Of a DNA stretch of 64,000 bases, positions 1 through 9,313 are shown in pieces. Below the pieces are notes generated by a model that was not told the DNA's origin, ran no database searches, and saw only the letters and a program-made list of their open reading frames with translations. A program made the position numbers and the translations under genes. This DNA comes from an uncultured Omnitrophica bacterium (GTDB lineage: Bacteria; Omnitrophota; Gorgyraeia; JACQQV01), in NCBI GenBank assembly GCA_947085655.1, contig CAMTXH010000006.1, positions 70,498 through 134,497 on the forward strand. Direction: 5' to 3'. Numbering within the stretch: the stretch's first letter is position 1; each line of letters opens with the position of its first letter.

Positions 1-194
1 GTATTTTGGATTCTTTCAATTTTTGGATGGTCTGATTGGCTTCCTTCGGCTGCTCCCAGAAGCCCGCTTTTGCAATCTCCTCCTCAAGGGAGGAGATGGT
101 TTCAAGCATCTCACCGACGTCAAAGATGCCTCCGAATCTTTTCAAGGCCGTCCCGGAGCTGTTTTAAAGAAGCGCGGATTTCGTCTAACGTCAT
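1..194 (-). CDS. prfB: peptide chain release factor 2 (partial, runs off left edge) with programmed +1 frameshift
   Basis: Manual minus-strand translation from the ATG at 192-194 gives MTLDEIRASLKQLRDGLEKIRRHL then an in-frame TGA. Shifting +1 continues DVGEMLETISSLEEEIAKAGFWEQPKEANQTIQKLKESKI, which is RF2-like. SD aaggagagagcc lies upstream of the ATG. Not in the ORF track because it has no downstream stop inside the window. Confidence 0.8.
119..133 (-). promoter_or_regulatory. prfB programmed +1 ribosomal frameshift site (internal SD-like GGAGG, 3 nt, CTT TGA C)
   Basis: Minus-strand reading CGG AGG CAT CTT TGA C. This has the same architecture as the E. coli prfB autoregulatory frameshift site (AGGGGG UAU CUU UGA C). 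Confidence 0.75.
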
Positions 195-251
195 GGCTCT
201 CTCCTTTCCTTCATCATACCGCAAAAAAAAGGGATCGTAAAGACATCCTCT

Positions 252-1649
252 TCAATGAAGTGATCTTTGTATCCGCTTTGCCAGGGTCTCGGTCATGCCG
301 CGCAGTTGCACCAGTCTTTCAGGAGAGGCCTTTTTCAGTTCCTCGAGACTTTTAAAATGGCAGAGGAGCTCCCGCAGACGGCGCGGACCGAGTCCCGGAA
401 TGGCCAGAAGCCGGGACTCAAACTGCGATTTGCCCCGGAGGAGGCGGTGATAACGGATGGCAAAACGGTGCGCTTCATCCCGGATCCGCTGGATCAGATG
501 GAGAGCTTTGGTGTTTCTCGGGAGTTCAATGGGCGTTTTTCTTCCCGGTTGATAAATCCTCTCGAGGCGCTTGGCAATTCCGATGACCGTGGTGTCGCCG
601 AAACCGAGCGGCTTCAGGACTCCGCAGGCAACACTCAAATGGCCCCGGCCTCCGTCAATGATGATGAGGTCCGGATGCTCAAGCTTCTCGCGTCTGACGC
701 GACGGTACCGCCGCCCGACCACTTCCCGCATCATCTCGTAATCGTCGATTCCCTTCACTTCCTTGATCCGGAAACGCCGGTAACCGTCTTTGTTGGGAAA
801 GCCGTCCACGAAACTGACCATCGAGCCGACGGCGGCAGCCCCAAAAATATTTGAGATGTCAAACGCCTCAATCCGCCTGGGGAGAAACTTCATCTTCAGA
901 ATCCCCTTGAGGTCCTGAAGTTGTTCCATCCAGCCGGTCCGTTGATTGCCGGAGGCCACGCCGCTCAAGGCCTGAATCTCATCCCGGACCTTTGCCGCCT
1001 CTTCATACTGCCTTTCCCGGGAAAGGGTGTGCATCTTCTCGGAGAGACTCCGCAAAAGCCCCTCCCGGTTCCCCTCCAGAAAAAGTTTTGCCTCCTCCAC
1101 GATCTGGCCGTAGCGACCCTGATCGATATTCCCCACACAGGGGGCATGACACTGTCCGATGTAGTAGTCGAGGCACGGTTTCTTGGGAAAGGTCCGGCAG
1201 TTCCGGAGGGGAAAAATCCGGCGCATCGAAGCCAGGGCAGTTTTGAGGAGCCTGGCATCCGTATAAGGACCGAAATAGAACGATCCGTCCTCCGTCTTCT
1301 TCCGGGTGACAAAAATCCGGGGAAACTCATCCCGGGTCAGCTTGATCCAGGGATAACTTTTGTCGTCCCGGAAGGCAACGTTGTATTTCGGCTGATGTTT
1401 CTTGATGAGACCCGCCTCATAAAAAAGGGCCTCCGCTTCGGAACGGGTCACCAGAAACGTGACCTCCTGAACCTGATCCAGCATGGCGGCAATTCTCGGC
1501 GGATGGGAGCGGGAACTCTGGAAATAGGAAAGGGCCCGCTTCCGGAGAGAGACCGCCTTTCCGACATAGAGAATATCTCCCCCCTTCCCTTTCATCAGGT
1601 AAACACCGGGTGCTTCAGGAAATGATTTTATTCTTTCTTGGAGATCCAT
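252..1649 (-). CDS. uvrC: excinuclease ABC subunit C (compact, 465 aa)
   Basis: N-terminal GIY-YIG motif (PGVYLMKG...ILYVGKA). UVR domain (QYEEAAKVRDEIQAL). C-terminal HhH (IPGLGPRRLRELL). Confidence 0.9.
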   Translation of the reverse strand: MDLQERIKSFPEAPGVYLMKGKGGDILYVGKAVSLRKRALSYFQSSRSHPPRIAAMLDQVQEVTFLVTRSEAEALFYEAGLIKKHQPKYNVAFRDDKSYPWIKLTRDEFPRIFVTRKKTEDGSFYFGPYTDARLLKTALASMRRIFPLRNCRTFPKKPCLDYYIGQCHAPCVGNIDQGRYGQIVEEAKLFLEGNREGLLRSLSEKMHTLSRERQYEEAAKVRDEIQALSGVASGNQRTGWMEQLQDLKGILKMKFLPRRIEAFDISNIFGAAAVGSMVSFVDGFPNKDGYRRFRIKEVKGIDDYEMMREVVGRRYRRVRREKLEHPDLIIIDGGRGHLSVACGVLKPLGFGDTTVIGIAKRLERIYQPGRKTPIELPRNTKALHLIQRIRDEAHRFAIRYHRLLRGKSQFESRLLAIPGLGPRRLRELLCHFKSLEELKKASPERLVQLRGMTETLAKRIQRSLH

Positions 1650-3187
1650 CGGATGAGTTGTTTCGCCTCCTCAAACCGGAATAAAAGCGAGAAGAGTAGA
1701 TAAGAAATCGCGCCTGATGTAATCGTACCGAGGAATGCCAGTCCCCAGAAAGGCGCGTTTTCTTTGAGCAGGTTGGAAGAGATCCAAGAAAGACAAACGG
1801 CCATCAAAAGCCCCGCACCCAAAAACCGGAGGGACGCCCTGAAAAGACGCCCTCCACCGAACGGGCCGATCCGCCTTCGCAAAAGGAAAAAAAGAAAAAG
1901 GAAATGAGCCGTCGAAGAGATGCTGGTCGCCAGGGCGATGCCGCCGATCTTCATCGGAAACATGAGGATGGCGTTGAAAAGAACATTCACCAAAAGGGCA
2001 AGCGCAGCAACCTTCACAGGGGTCCGGGTGTCCTGAAGGGAATAAAAGGCGGAGGCAAGAATTTTCGAGCCGGAAAACGAAAGAAGCCCCATCACATAAA
2101 AGAAAAGGGCTTGAGCGGTGATGTCCGTGGAGTAGACGTCAAAATTCCCCCGCTCAAAGAGAAGCCGGACAATCGGCCGCGCCAGGACCAGGGTTCCGAT
2201 TACGGCAGGAATCATGGTAAAGAAAACCGATTTCAAAGAAAAAAGGAGAGTCTCTCGGAATTTCTCCAGACTTTCTTCCTGGGCCTGGTCGGAAAGGGTC
2301 GGAAGGGCGGCCGTTGCCAATGAGACGCCGAACAAGGCAAACGGAAGTTGCACAATCCGGTTTGAATAATAGAGGGCAGCCACTCCTCCCTCCCCGACAA
2401 TCATCGAAAGCGAAGCAAAGATCCGGTCTATCATCACGCTGAGTTGGTAGACGGCTGAACCGAAGACCCGGGGAAGCAGAAGGCGCCCGACGTTTTGAAC
2501 CCCCGGATGGCGGGAGGAGAACCGGGCATTAAAAACAAACCCCTTCTGACGGAGAACCGGGAACTGAATGAGAAGCTGCACGACCCCGCCGACCAAGACC
2601 CCGATCCCGAGCCCCAACACTTGCGGTTCCATCCAGGGAACGAGAAGCAAAAGAGAAGCGATCATGCAGCAATTTAAAAGGGACGAACCGAGTGCCGGTA
2701 TAAAAAAATGGCGGAGGGTATTGAGAATTCCCATCCCGTACGCGCTCAACCCGACCAGAAAAAGAAAAGGAAATAAAAGCCGCGTCAGAAAAACGGTCAG
2801 CCGGTATTTCTCCGGATCCCCCAGAAAGCCGGGGGCATAGACCAAAACCAGAATCGGTGCGAGCGCCACTCCGAGAAGGGTGAGAAATCCAAGACGAAGA
2901 AGGGCCTGATTCCAGAGGAGCGCTGCCAATTCCCAAAAGGCCTCCTTCCCTTTCCGCCAGTAGCCGGCAAGGGTCGGAACGACGGCCGCACTCACCGCCC
3001 CCTCCGCAATGAAATCCCGGAACAGGTTCGGAATCGTGAAGGCGACCACAAAGGCCTGCGCCGAGGTGCCGGTGCCAAAGGCCCGGGCGATCAACACATC
3101 CCGGAGGAAGCCAAGGAGGCGGCTTGAAAAGGTGGTCCCTCCCAGAATAGCCGCGGAACGGGCAAGAGGCGCGAAAGTCCTTGACAT
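1628..3187 (-). CDS. murJ: lipid II flippase MurJ/MviN
   Basis: 519-aa polytopic membrane protein. N-terminus (TFSSRLLGFLRDVLIARAFGTG) and overall MurJ-like sequence. Confidence 0.85.
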   Translation of the reverse strand: MSRTFAPLARSAAILGGTTFSSRLLGFLRDVLIARAFGTGTSAQAFVVAFTIPNLFRDFIAEGAVSAAVVPTLAGYWRKGKEAFWELAALLWNQALLRLGFLTLLGVALAPILVLVYAPGFLGDPEKYRLTVFLTRLLFPFLFLVGLSAYGMGILNTLRHFFIPALGSSLLNCCMIASLLLLVPWMEPQVLGLGIGVLVGGVVQLLIQFPVLRQKGFVFNARFSSRHPGVQNVGRLLLPRVFGSAVYQLSVMIDRIFASLSMIVGEGGVAALYYSNRIVQLPFALFGVSLATAALPTLSDQAQEESLEKFRETLLFSLKSVFFTMIPAVIGTLVLARPIVRLLFERGNFDVYSTDITAQALFFYVMGLLSFSGSKILASAFYSLQDTRTPVKVAALALLVNVLFNAILMFPMKIGGIALATSISSTAHFLFLFFLLRRRIGPFGGGRLFRASLRFLGAGLLMAVCLSWISSNLLKENAPFWGLAFLGTITSGAISYLLFSLLFRFEEAKQLIRWISKKE

Positions 3188-3233
3188 GGGCAGAGAAAGT
3201 GTGTTACCCTTTCATAATAAAGGAGTTTGAGTC

Positions 3234-3503
3234 ATGCCGATTAAAAAAGCAGCCCTCAAAAGGATGAAGAGCGACCGGAAGCTGAAGGCACGGAACAGCT
3301 GGGTCCTGAATGAACTGAAAACTCTTTCCCGAAAATTCGAAAAACTGATCGCCTCTAATAACCGGGAAGGAGCCCAAGCACTCTTCAAAGAGGTCAGTCG
3401 GAAATTCGATAAGGCCTTCTCCCGCGGCATTATTCACAAAAACAGGGCCTCCCGAAAGAAGGCCCGTCTTGCCAAGAGACTTTCCAAGTTTTTAGCGGCA
3501 TAG
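3234..3503 (+). CDS. rpsT: 30S ribosomal protein S20
   Basis: 89-aa basic protein (MPIKKAALKRMKSDRKLKARN...) matching S20. RBS AAGGAG lies 7 nt upstream. Confidence 0.9.
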   Translation: MPIKKAALKRMKSDRKLKARNSWVLNELKTLSRKFEKLIASNNREGAQALFKEVSRKFDKAFSRGIIHKNRASRKKARLAKRLSKFLAA

Positions 3504-4454
3504 CGCCAGCAAAAACCTTTCGACTTCTTCCCTTCCCTCTCCTCTCCCTCTCTTCAATCGTTGGTCCATCTTTAAAAGAGCCTGGAGCCCCGATAGAAGT
3601 TCCGGCCCTTCAAAACGGGCTAGACAAGAAAAGAATGTTTCCTCCTCGCCCCAACGAAGCCGGAGCTGCCTTGCCGCCTCTTGAGGGCGGGTTCCGTTTT
3701 CGAGCAGTTCCTTGGCACGGAGCATCCGGCGGAGCTGCCACCCGACCGCTCCCATGATTTCGTGGGGCCGCTCTTTTCCCGTCAAGAGGCGATCCAGGAT
3801 TTTCAACGCTTCAAGACCTTCCCGAAAGGCGATCGCACGGGCGAGGGCAAAACTCGTCTGGCTCAGGGAAAAACCCATCAGAGTTTCCACATCCTTTTCG
3901 TCGATCGTCGGTTTTTCTCCCACAAACGTGGCGAGCGCCTCGACCGCCTGATCGCACTGGAAAAGATCCTCCCCCACCCGCTCCACGAGTGCCTCCTTGG
4001 CCTGGGGTAAGAATTTTTTGCCGGAAGAGGAGGCTCGCTCATCAAGCCACTTCAAAAAGGCGGCCCCTTTGGGAAGTTTGAAGACCGAGACCTGTGCAAG
4101 ATGCGAGAGTTTTTCAAAAAAAGGTCCCCGGAGATTTGTCTCGTCCGTCTCCAAAAGACAGCACGCCCCCCCTGGAAGACGGACCGCCATCTCCAACAGC
4201 CGTGATTGAAAAGTGGGAGGTGTTTTCTCGACGGAGATAATGCGCGTGAGGCGCGGTTGGGTCGCCCATGGGATCGTCTGAAGCGCTGTCAAGACCTCAT
4301 CGGGACGAAAGTTTTTGTCGTCGCCCCGGAACAGTTCACAAGCGACCGACTCCGGGTGAGCGGGGGAGAGTTTTTCCTTGAGCCGCTTCAGGGCTTCGGT
4401 TTTCTCCCAGTTGTTTTCTCCGGCAAAAACAAAAAGGGGGGCTACTCGGGCCAT
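3492..4454 (-). CDS. holA: DNA polymerase III subunit delta
   Basis: 320-aa HolA-like sequence. Conserved leuS-lptE-holA neighbourhood. Confidence 0.7.
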   Translation of the reverse strand: MARVAPLFVFAGENNWEKTEALKRLKEKLSPAHPESVACELFRGDDKNFRPDEVLTALQTIPWATQPRLTRIISVEKTPPTFQSRLLEMAVRLPGGACCLLETDETNLRGPFFEKLSHLAQVSVFKLPKGAAFLKWLDERASSSGKKFLPQAKEALVERVGEDLFQCDQAVEALATFVGEKPTIDEKDVETLMGFSLSQTSFALARAIAFREGLEALKILDRLLTGKERPHEIMGAVGWQLRRMLRAKELLENGTRPQEAARQLRLRWGEEETFFSCLARFEGPELLSGLQALLKMDQRLKRGRGEGREEVERFLLALCR

Positions 4455-4936
4455 TCTTCGACCGCCCGGTCAACGATCCGCCTGGCCAGCTCCTGGATCG
4501 CGTTCTCCCGCGCATCTCCCTCACTCACGGCGGAGGGTCCGCTGATGAGGAAACTGGTGTCGCCGACAAAGTTTTTCTCTTCCCAAATCACCTTTTGACT
4601 CCGGCTGTCCCACAGAGAAAAATCGACCATCAGGATCAGGCGGTACTCGGAAATTTCTTCGGCGCTGTCGTAGCGGAGCGGCTCCCGGATATAGCGGGTG
4701 AGCGTTCCTTTTAACACCGCATCCGCGTTCTCCCGGTTCGTCGTCCGGAGTGTCCCGTCGTAGAGGAAGCGCTCAATGATGCCGTTTGTCAGATCAATTT
4801 CGACCGCCGGCTCATAAGTGGCGTTCTTGAAGGTTTCCACATGCACGGTCTTAAGCCCATGCGGAGGGGTTCCGGTGAGGGCATAGCCGCATCCGGAGAC
4901 CCACAAAAGAAAAAGAAGCAGAATGCCTTGCTTCAT
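4442..4936 (-). CDS. lptE: LPS-assembly lipoprotein LptE-like
   Basis: Signal peptide plus lipobox (LWVSGCG). Size and position between the leuS region and holA as in Proteobacteria. Confidence 0.6.
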   Translation of the reverse strand: MKQGILLLFLLWVSGCGYALTGTPPHGLKTVHVETFKNATYEPAVEIDLTNGIIERFLYDGTLRTTNRENADAVLKGTLTRYIREPLRYDSAEEISEYRLILMVDFSLWDSRSQKVIWEEKNFVGDTSFLISGPSAVSEGDARENAIQELARRIVDRAVEEWPE

Positions 4937-5898
4937 TTCTTTTCTGTCTCCTCCCGCTTTTTTAAAACGGTTAATTTCTCCAGGGCCTCTTTCGCCGAAG
5001 CGCTTTCCGGATGCTCCTCGATCACCTTGTTATAATAGACAGCCGCTGCCGACCATTTCCCCTGCCCGTCGTAGAATTCCGCAATTTCAAGTGCTTTCTC
5101 CGCTTTTCTTTCTTTGAGGTCGCGGATCACTTCCTGCGATTCCTCAACCAGTTCACTCCCCGGATGCTCCTCGATAAAACGGGTGAACTGCTCGAGGGCC
5201 GCATCGGTGGACTGGGCGTCGTAACTGGAGGGCCTGGACATCTTGAAGGTTGTCAGCGCAATCTGATACTTGGCGTCATCTTTCAGTTCGGTTGAGGGGT
5301 AATCCTTCATCAGTCTCTCAAATGTCTTCTGGGCTTCCCCGTATTCCCCCGTCTTCCTGTAACATTCCCCCATTTTGTACAGGGCCAGTTCCGCATACGG
5401 CCCGTAGGGGGCGTGGTCAACCACCTGTTTGTAAATTTCAATCGCCTTTTGATAGGAAGGGAGAAGTTCGAGTCCGGCAATCTTCCGTTTCTTCCCGCTA
5501 TAGTACAGATTGGCGATCTGGTATTCCCGCTCAATCACCTCCTGAATCCGGGCGCTGTTGGGATATTTCTTGATGACTTCTTCATAGGCCTTAAAAGCAC
5601 CGTCGTAATCCTCAAGGGCTTCCAGCGAACGCCCGGCATAAAACTGGGCCTCGGCCGCTTCGTGACTCCGGGGGTACTGGCGGACCAGATTCTTCATCTC
5701 CTGCACCACCCGCCCGTGGTCGCCCGCTTCATAAAAGGAAAGGGCCCATGCGAGCTGTTCCGCGGGGGTCTGTTTGGAAACTTTCTTGGGATTGGTAAAC
5801 TTGGAGGTTTTAGGAGACCAGATCCAGAAGCCGTAAGCGCTCCCCTGAACACTTACGAGAAGGAAGCCAACTCCGATGAAAAGAAGGGACTTGCGCAT
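4933..5898 (-). CDS. TPR-repeat outer-membrane-associated protein (BamD/YfiO-like)
   Basis: Signal peptide followed by multiple TPR-like repeats (YPRSHEAAEAQFYAGRSLEAL...). Assignment to BamD is tentative. Confidence 0.45.
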   Translation of the reverse strand: MRKSLLFIGVGFLLVSVQGSAYGFWIWSPKTSKFTNPKKVSKQTPAEQLAWALSFYEAGDHGRVVQEMKNLVRQYPRSHEAAEAQFYAGRSLEALEDYDGAFKAYEEVIKKYPNSARIQEVIEREYQIANLYYSGKKRKIAGLELLPSYQKAIEIYKQVVDHAPYGPYAELALYKMGECYRKTGEYGEAQKTFERLMKDYPSTELKDDAKYQIALTTFKMSRPSSYDAQSTDAALEQFTRFIEEHPGSELVEESQEVIRDLKERKAEKALEIAEFYDGQGKWSAAAVYYNKVIEEHPESASAKEALEKLTVLKKREETEKK

Positions 5899-5966
5899 CG
5901 TCCCTTCATTATGGCATATCCCCCAAAAGGTGTCAATTTATCCAGAGAAATCGGGACGCGCTCTGT

Positions 5967-6398
5967 CTAAAGCGCAATCGTATAGGGGAAATCGCGATAC
6001 GCATCCTGCTTGGCAGGAATCAACTTCTCCGAAGGAGCCGCATTCTGCTCCACGAAGTGAGCTATTCTCCTTTTTGTCGGCTCCGGAATGTCCACAAACT
6101 TAATCCCCACATCATGTTGATAACTATAAGGAAGTTTCCGGATCCAGATCACTTTTCCGACCGTCCGGAGCGCCTCACTGGCAGGGCTCAGGAAAAACTC
6201 CATCTTGACCTTGCCATTCACAGGCAGAAACTCCCTTGAAAGGAGGCGAACTCCTCCCTCGCCAAGATCCTTGGTCAAAGAATCCTGGGTATGGCTCTCC
6301 TCCTTTCCGAATCGGACCGGAACATTCAGCCGCAATCTCGGATGCTCTCTTCTCCCCAGCAGGGCTTCGCTAATCTTACTCTTTATCATGACTAACAC
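5967..6398 (-). CDS. PilZ domain protein (c-di-GMP-binding type)
   Basis: RxxxR motif (RREHPRLR) and DxSxGG motif (DLGEGGVRL). Confidence 0.7.
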   Translation of the reverse strand: MLVMIKSKISEALLGRREHPRLRLNVPVRFGKEESHTQDSLTKDLGEGGVRLLSREFLPVNGKVKMEFFLSPASEALRTVGKVIWIRKLPYSYQHDVGIKFVDIPEPTKRRIAHFVEQNAAPSEKLIPAKQDAYRDFPYTIAL

Positions 6399-6684
6399 CC
6401 CATCCTCTTTATTTTCAATAAGTTAAAACGACTTCACACAAACTTTAAAAAAGTTCTATGAAATAAAAAACCCTATCTTTCCCATTGAAAGAATAGGGTT
6501 CAGCGAGTAAAATACCCGCTCAAGAAATGGCCATTTACCGACTTGTCAAGTGAGCTCCCTGAGACCCCATCCTTTCGAATGAGGTTCCAGTTGTTACAAA
6601 GTATAGCACAAATCTACCAATTGTCAAGAACTTTCTCTAAAAATTATTAACATTGAAAGTTAGATTTGATGAATAGGTGGCTTA

Positions 6685-8976
6685 TTATAACCCTTCTTCC
6701 CTTTCCGTGTCAACTCGAAATCTTTCTCCGTCCGAGAAGATCCGGATTATTCCGGAACGGACCGTCTGAACCGTAGGCACGTTGAAGTCTGCCAACAAAG
6801 AAAGTGTTTTGGGCGACGGCAGATGAAACATTTCCCGTTGTCCGACGCTAATCACGGCAACTTCCGGGGAAACCGCCTTCAAAAACGGGTTGCCTTCTTC
6901 CCCAAGGTCGCCGCCGTGGTGGGGCATTTTGAGTATTTCGCCGTCCAGATCAACTCCCGCCATTTGGATATTCCGGATCGCCTCCTTCTCGATATCCGCC
7001 GTCAAAAGAAATCGAATCTTTCCGTGGGTCAGTTTCAGGACCACTCCGTTATTGTTCGTGTCCTTCCCTGTTCCCTCTAAATAGGGTCGGGGCGGATGGA
7101 GGACTTCGAGAGAGACATTGCGGTATCCTATAATGCGCTGGCCCCGCCGTAGAAAAACCGGTTCAATCCCGCTCTTTTTTTGCGCTTCCCGGTATTCTTG
7201 ATAAGGAATGCTTCCCTTTTGAAGTCCGCTTTCAAAAAGGGTGCGGGGACGAAATGTTTTTAGAATAAACGGGAGCCCCCCGACATGGTCCCGGTCCGTA
7301 TGCGTCAAAAGGACCGCATCCAGGCGCCGGATGTTCTTTCGCCAGAGAAAGGGGGCAACGATGTCCCTCCCTGCATCAAAGTCTTCATACCGGTCTCCCC
7401 CATCTACCAATAAATTCCTTCCGTCCGGGAACTCGACAAAGATCGCATCGCCGTGTCCCACATCCAAAAAGGTGACGGTCAGGCGGTTCATTCCCCTGAC
7501 GAGGGGAATCCAAACCAAAAAATTCAAAAGAAAAAGCGTCGCAATAACCGTCTTCCAGCGGAAGCGCTTGAATTTTTCGGAAAAGAAAAGAAAGAGCAAA
7601 ACATAATAGAGAAAAACAAAAATCCCCGGCGCAAAAAGCCGGAAAGAACCGAAAGGGATCCGGTCCATCGTTTGGGTAATATTCACAAGCAGGGCCAAAA
7701 GGAGTTTCTCGAGCCCCAAAAGGAGGTCGGAAAAAAACGGGAAAGAACCGAGGAGTAGCCAAGGAATCCCGGCTCCGACAATCGGAAAAAGAAGCGGAAC
7801 AACAAAAAGATTGGCCGCAAGACTGACCGGGCTTACCTGCATGAAATGATAAGAGACCACCGGCCAGATACCGATCCAGACGCCGGCCGAAACTCCTAAA
7901 AGTTCGGCAAAAAAACGGACCGGCTGCCTGAGCCGGGCCGTTTTCAGCCGCTCGAGGGTCAGGAAAATAAAGAGGACCGAAAGAAAAGAAAGCTGAAACC
8001 CCGCTTCAAAAAGAAAAAGGGGATTCCAAACCAAAAGGATGAGATACGCAAGCGCCAGAATATTCAAAACAGGGCCCTTGCGAAAGAGAATCTTTCCCAG
8101 ACCGTAAAGAATGATCATGAGACTTGCCCGGACTACGGGAGGAGAACCGCCCACAAGAAATGCATAAGCGGTCAGACCAAAAAGAATAGAAAAAAATGCG
8201 GCGGTCCTTCCGAGGCAGAAGAGCCGGCAAGCGGCATAAAGGAGCGTGGCAATCACCCCCACATGAAGCCCGCTGATCGCCAAAAGATGAATCGTCCCTG
8301 TCCGGGCAAAAAGAGCCCAGAGCTCCCTTTCAAGGGTGGAGCGCTCACCGAGGATCATCGCTCCGAAAAGAGCCCCTTCATTTTCCGGAAGCCGTTCGAT
8401 GACCCGATGAAAGGCCCTTTCCCGGAAGAGTGTGAGTTTTCTCCTTGGCCATGTTGCATGCGTTCGATCCAAAGGAAGAAAACCATGGTAAGGTTTGACC
8501 CGGACGATTCCTTTTGATTCTTGAAGGAATCCCTCAACCAGAAGCTCCTGACCGTAGGAAGGAACCGGATGGCCCTGAACAAAAAGGCGGAGTTTTCCTC
8601 CGGAAGGGTGCCAACTGTTTTTTCCCTTCAGAGCGAAGGGATGGAAGTCAAAAGCGGTCCGATCTCCTCCCAAGGGGTTTGGATCCGATGCCACAACCCC
8701 CTTCAGACGGATCAGGACCGGACCTGTCTGATCCGGAGAGGCCGGATGCCATCTTTCTTGGGTCTGGGTCATCTCCCCGCGCAAAACTCCAAGAGACAAA
8801 AGAAGGAGAAAAAGAATTGCCGAAAATCCCTTATTATTGCGGCGCAGAAAAAAACCGAGCAAAAGGCAAATGAGGGACAGAAGTAAAACCGGCCAGAGGG
8901 GGGGATGAAACCGGAAAAAGAGGATGCATCCGAGGGTAAAAGGAAGGGCACTCCAGAGAAAAGAGGATTTACTCAA
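6685..8976 (-). CDS. comEC: DNA internalization competence protein ComEC/Rec2 (with metallo-beta-lactamase domain)
   Basis: 763 aa. N-terminal membrane region, ComEC core, C-terminal MBL motif (HTDRDHVGG). Confidence 0.9.
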   Translation of the reverse strand: MSKSSFLWSALPFTLGCILFFRFHPPLWPVLLLSLICLLLGFFLRRNNKGFSAILFLLLLSLGVLRGEMTQTQERWHPASPDQTGPVLIRLKGVVASDPNPLGGDRTAFDFHPFALKGKNSWHPSGGKLRLFVQGHPVPSYGQELLVEGFLQESKGIVRVKPYHGFLPLDRTHATWPRRKLTLFRERAFHRVIERLPENEGALFGAMILGERSTLERELWALFARTGTIHLLAISGLHVGVIATLLYAACRLFCLGRTAAFFSILFGLTAYAFLVGGSPPVVRASLMIILYGLGKILFRKGPVLNILALAYLILLVWNPLFLFEAGFQLSFLSVLFIFLTLERLKTARLRQPVRFFAELLGVSAGVWIGIWPVVSYHFMQVSPVSLAANLFVVPLLFPIVGAGIPWLLLGSFPFFSDLLLGLEKLLLALLVNITQTMDRIPFGSFRLFAPGIFVFLYYVLLFLFFSEKFKRFRWKTVIATLFLLNFLVWIPLVRGMNRLTVTFLDVGHGDAIFVEFPDGRNLLVDGGDRYEDFDAGRDIVAPFLWRKNIRRLDAVLLTHTDRDHVGGLPFILKTFRPRTLFESGLQKGSIPYQEYREAQKKSGIEPVFLRRGQRIIGYRNVSLEVLHPPRPYLEGTGKDTNNNGVVLKLTHGKIRFLLTADIEKEAIRNIQMAGVDLDGEILKMPHHGGDLGEEGNPFLKAVSPEVAVISVGQREMFHLPSPKTLSLLADFNVPTVQTVRSGIIRIFSDGERFRVDTEREEGL

Positions 8977-9313
8977 GAACGATTTGGTCTTTTATCTCAT
9001 CATAGGTTTTGGCTCCGATTCCTTCAATGTTTAAAAGGTCTTCCTTCCGCTCGAACCCCTGTTTTTTCTGAAAATCGACGATCCGCGCGGCGAGTGCCGG
9101 CCCGATCCGGGGAAGGCGGGCAAAATCTTCCGGAGTGCCCCGCCTCAACGAAACTTGCTTGGCCTTGACAAAAGCCGCTTCCTCGGAAGGAGATAAAACC
9201 TCAAGAGAAAAAGGGGTAAAGATCCTTGGTATCAAGTGAAGCGCCACGCCGGCTAAAAAGAGAGCACTTAAAAGAAGAGCTGCAATCCGTTCGGAACGCG
9301 TCGGACCTTTCAT
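8969..9313 (-). CDS. comEA: competence protein ComEA (HhH DNA-binding)
   Basis: Signal/TM segment then LPRIGPALAARIV...NIEGIGAKTYDEI HhH pair. Start taken as the internal ATG (MKGPTR...), which overlaps the leuS stop as ATGA. Confidence 0.8.
   Translation of the reverse strand: MKGPTRSERIAALLLSALFLAGVALHLIPRIFTPFSLEVLSPSEEAAFVKAKQVSLRRGTPEDFARLPRIGPALAARIVDFQKKQGFERKEDLLNIEGIGAKTYDEIKDQIVLE

Noticed and set aside
23-355. 110-aa plus-strand ORF at the left edge
   Set aside because: Overlaps the minus-strand prfB start region and the uvrC 3' end. No RBS and no recognisable protein. Explained by prfB on the opposite strand.
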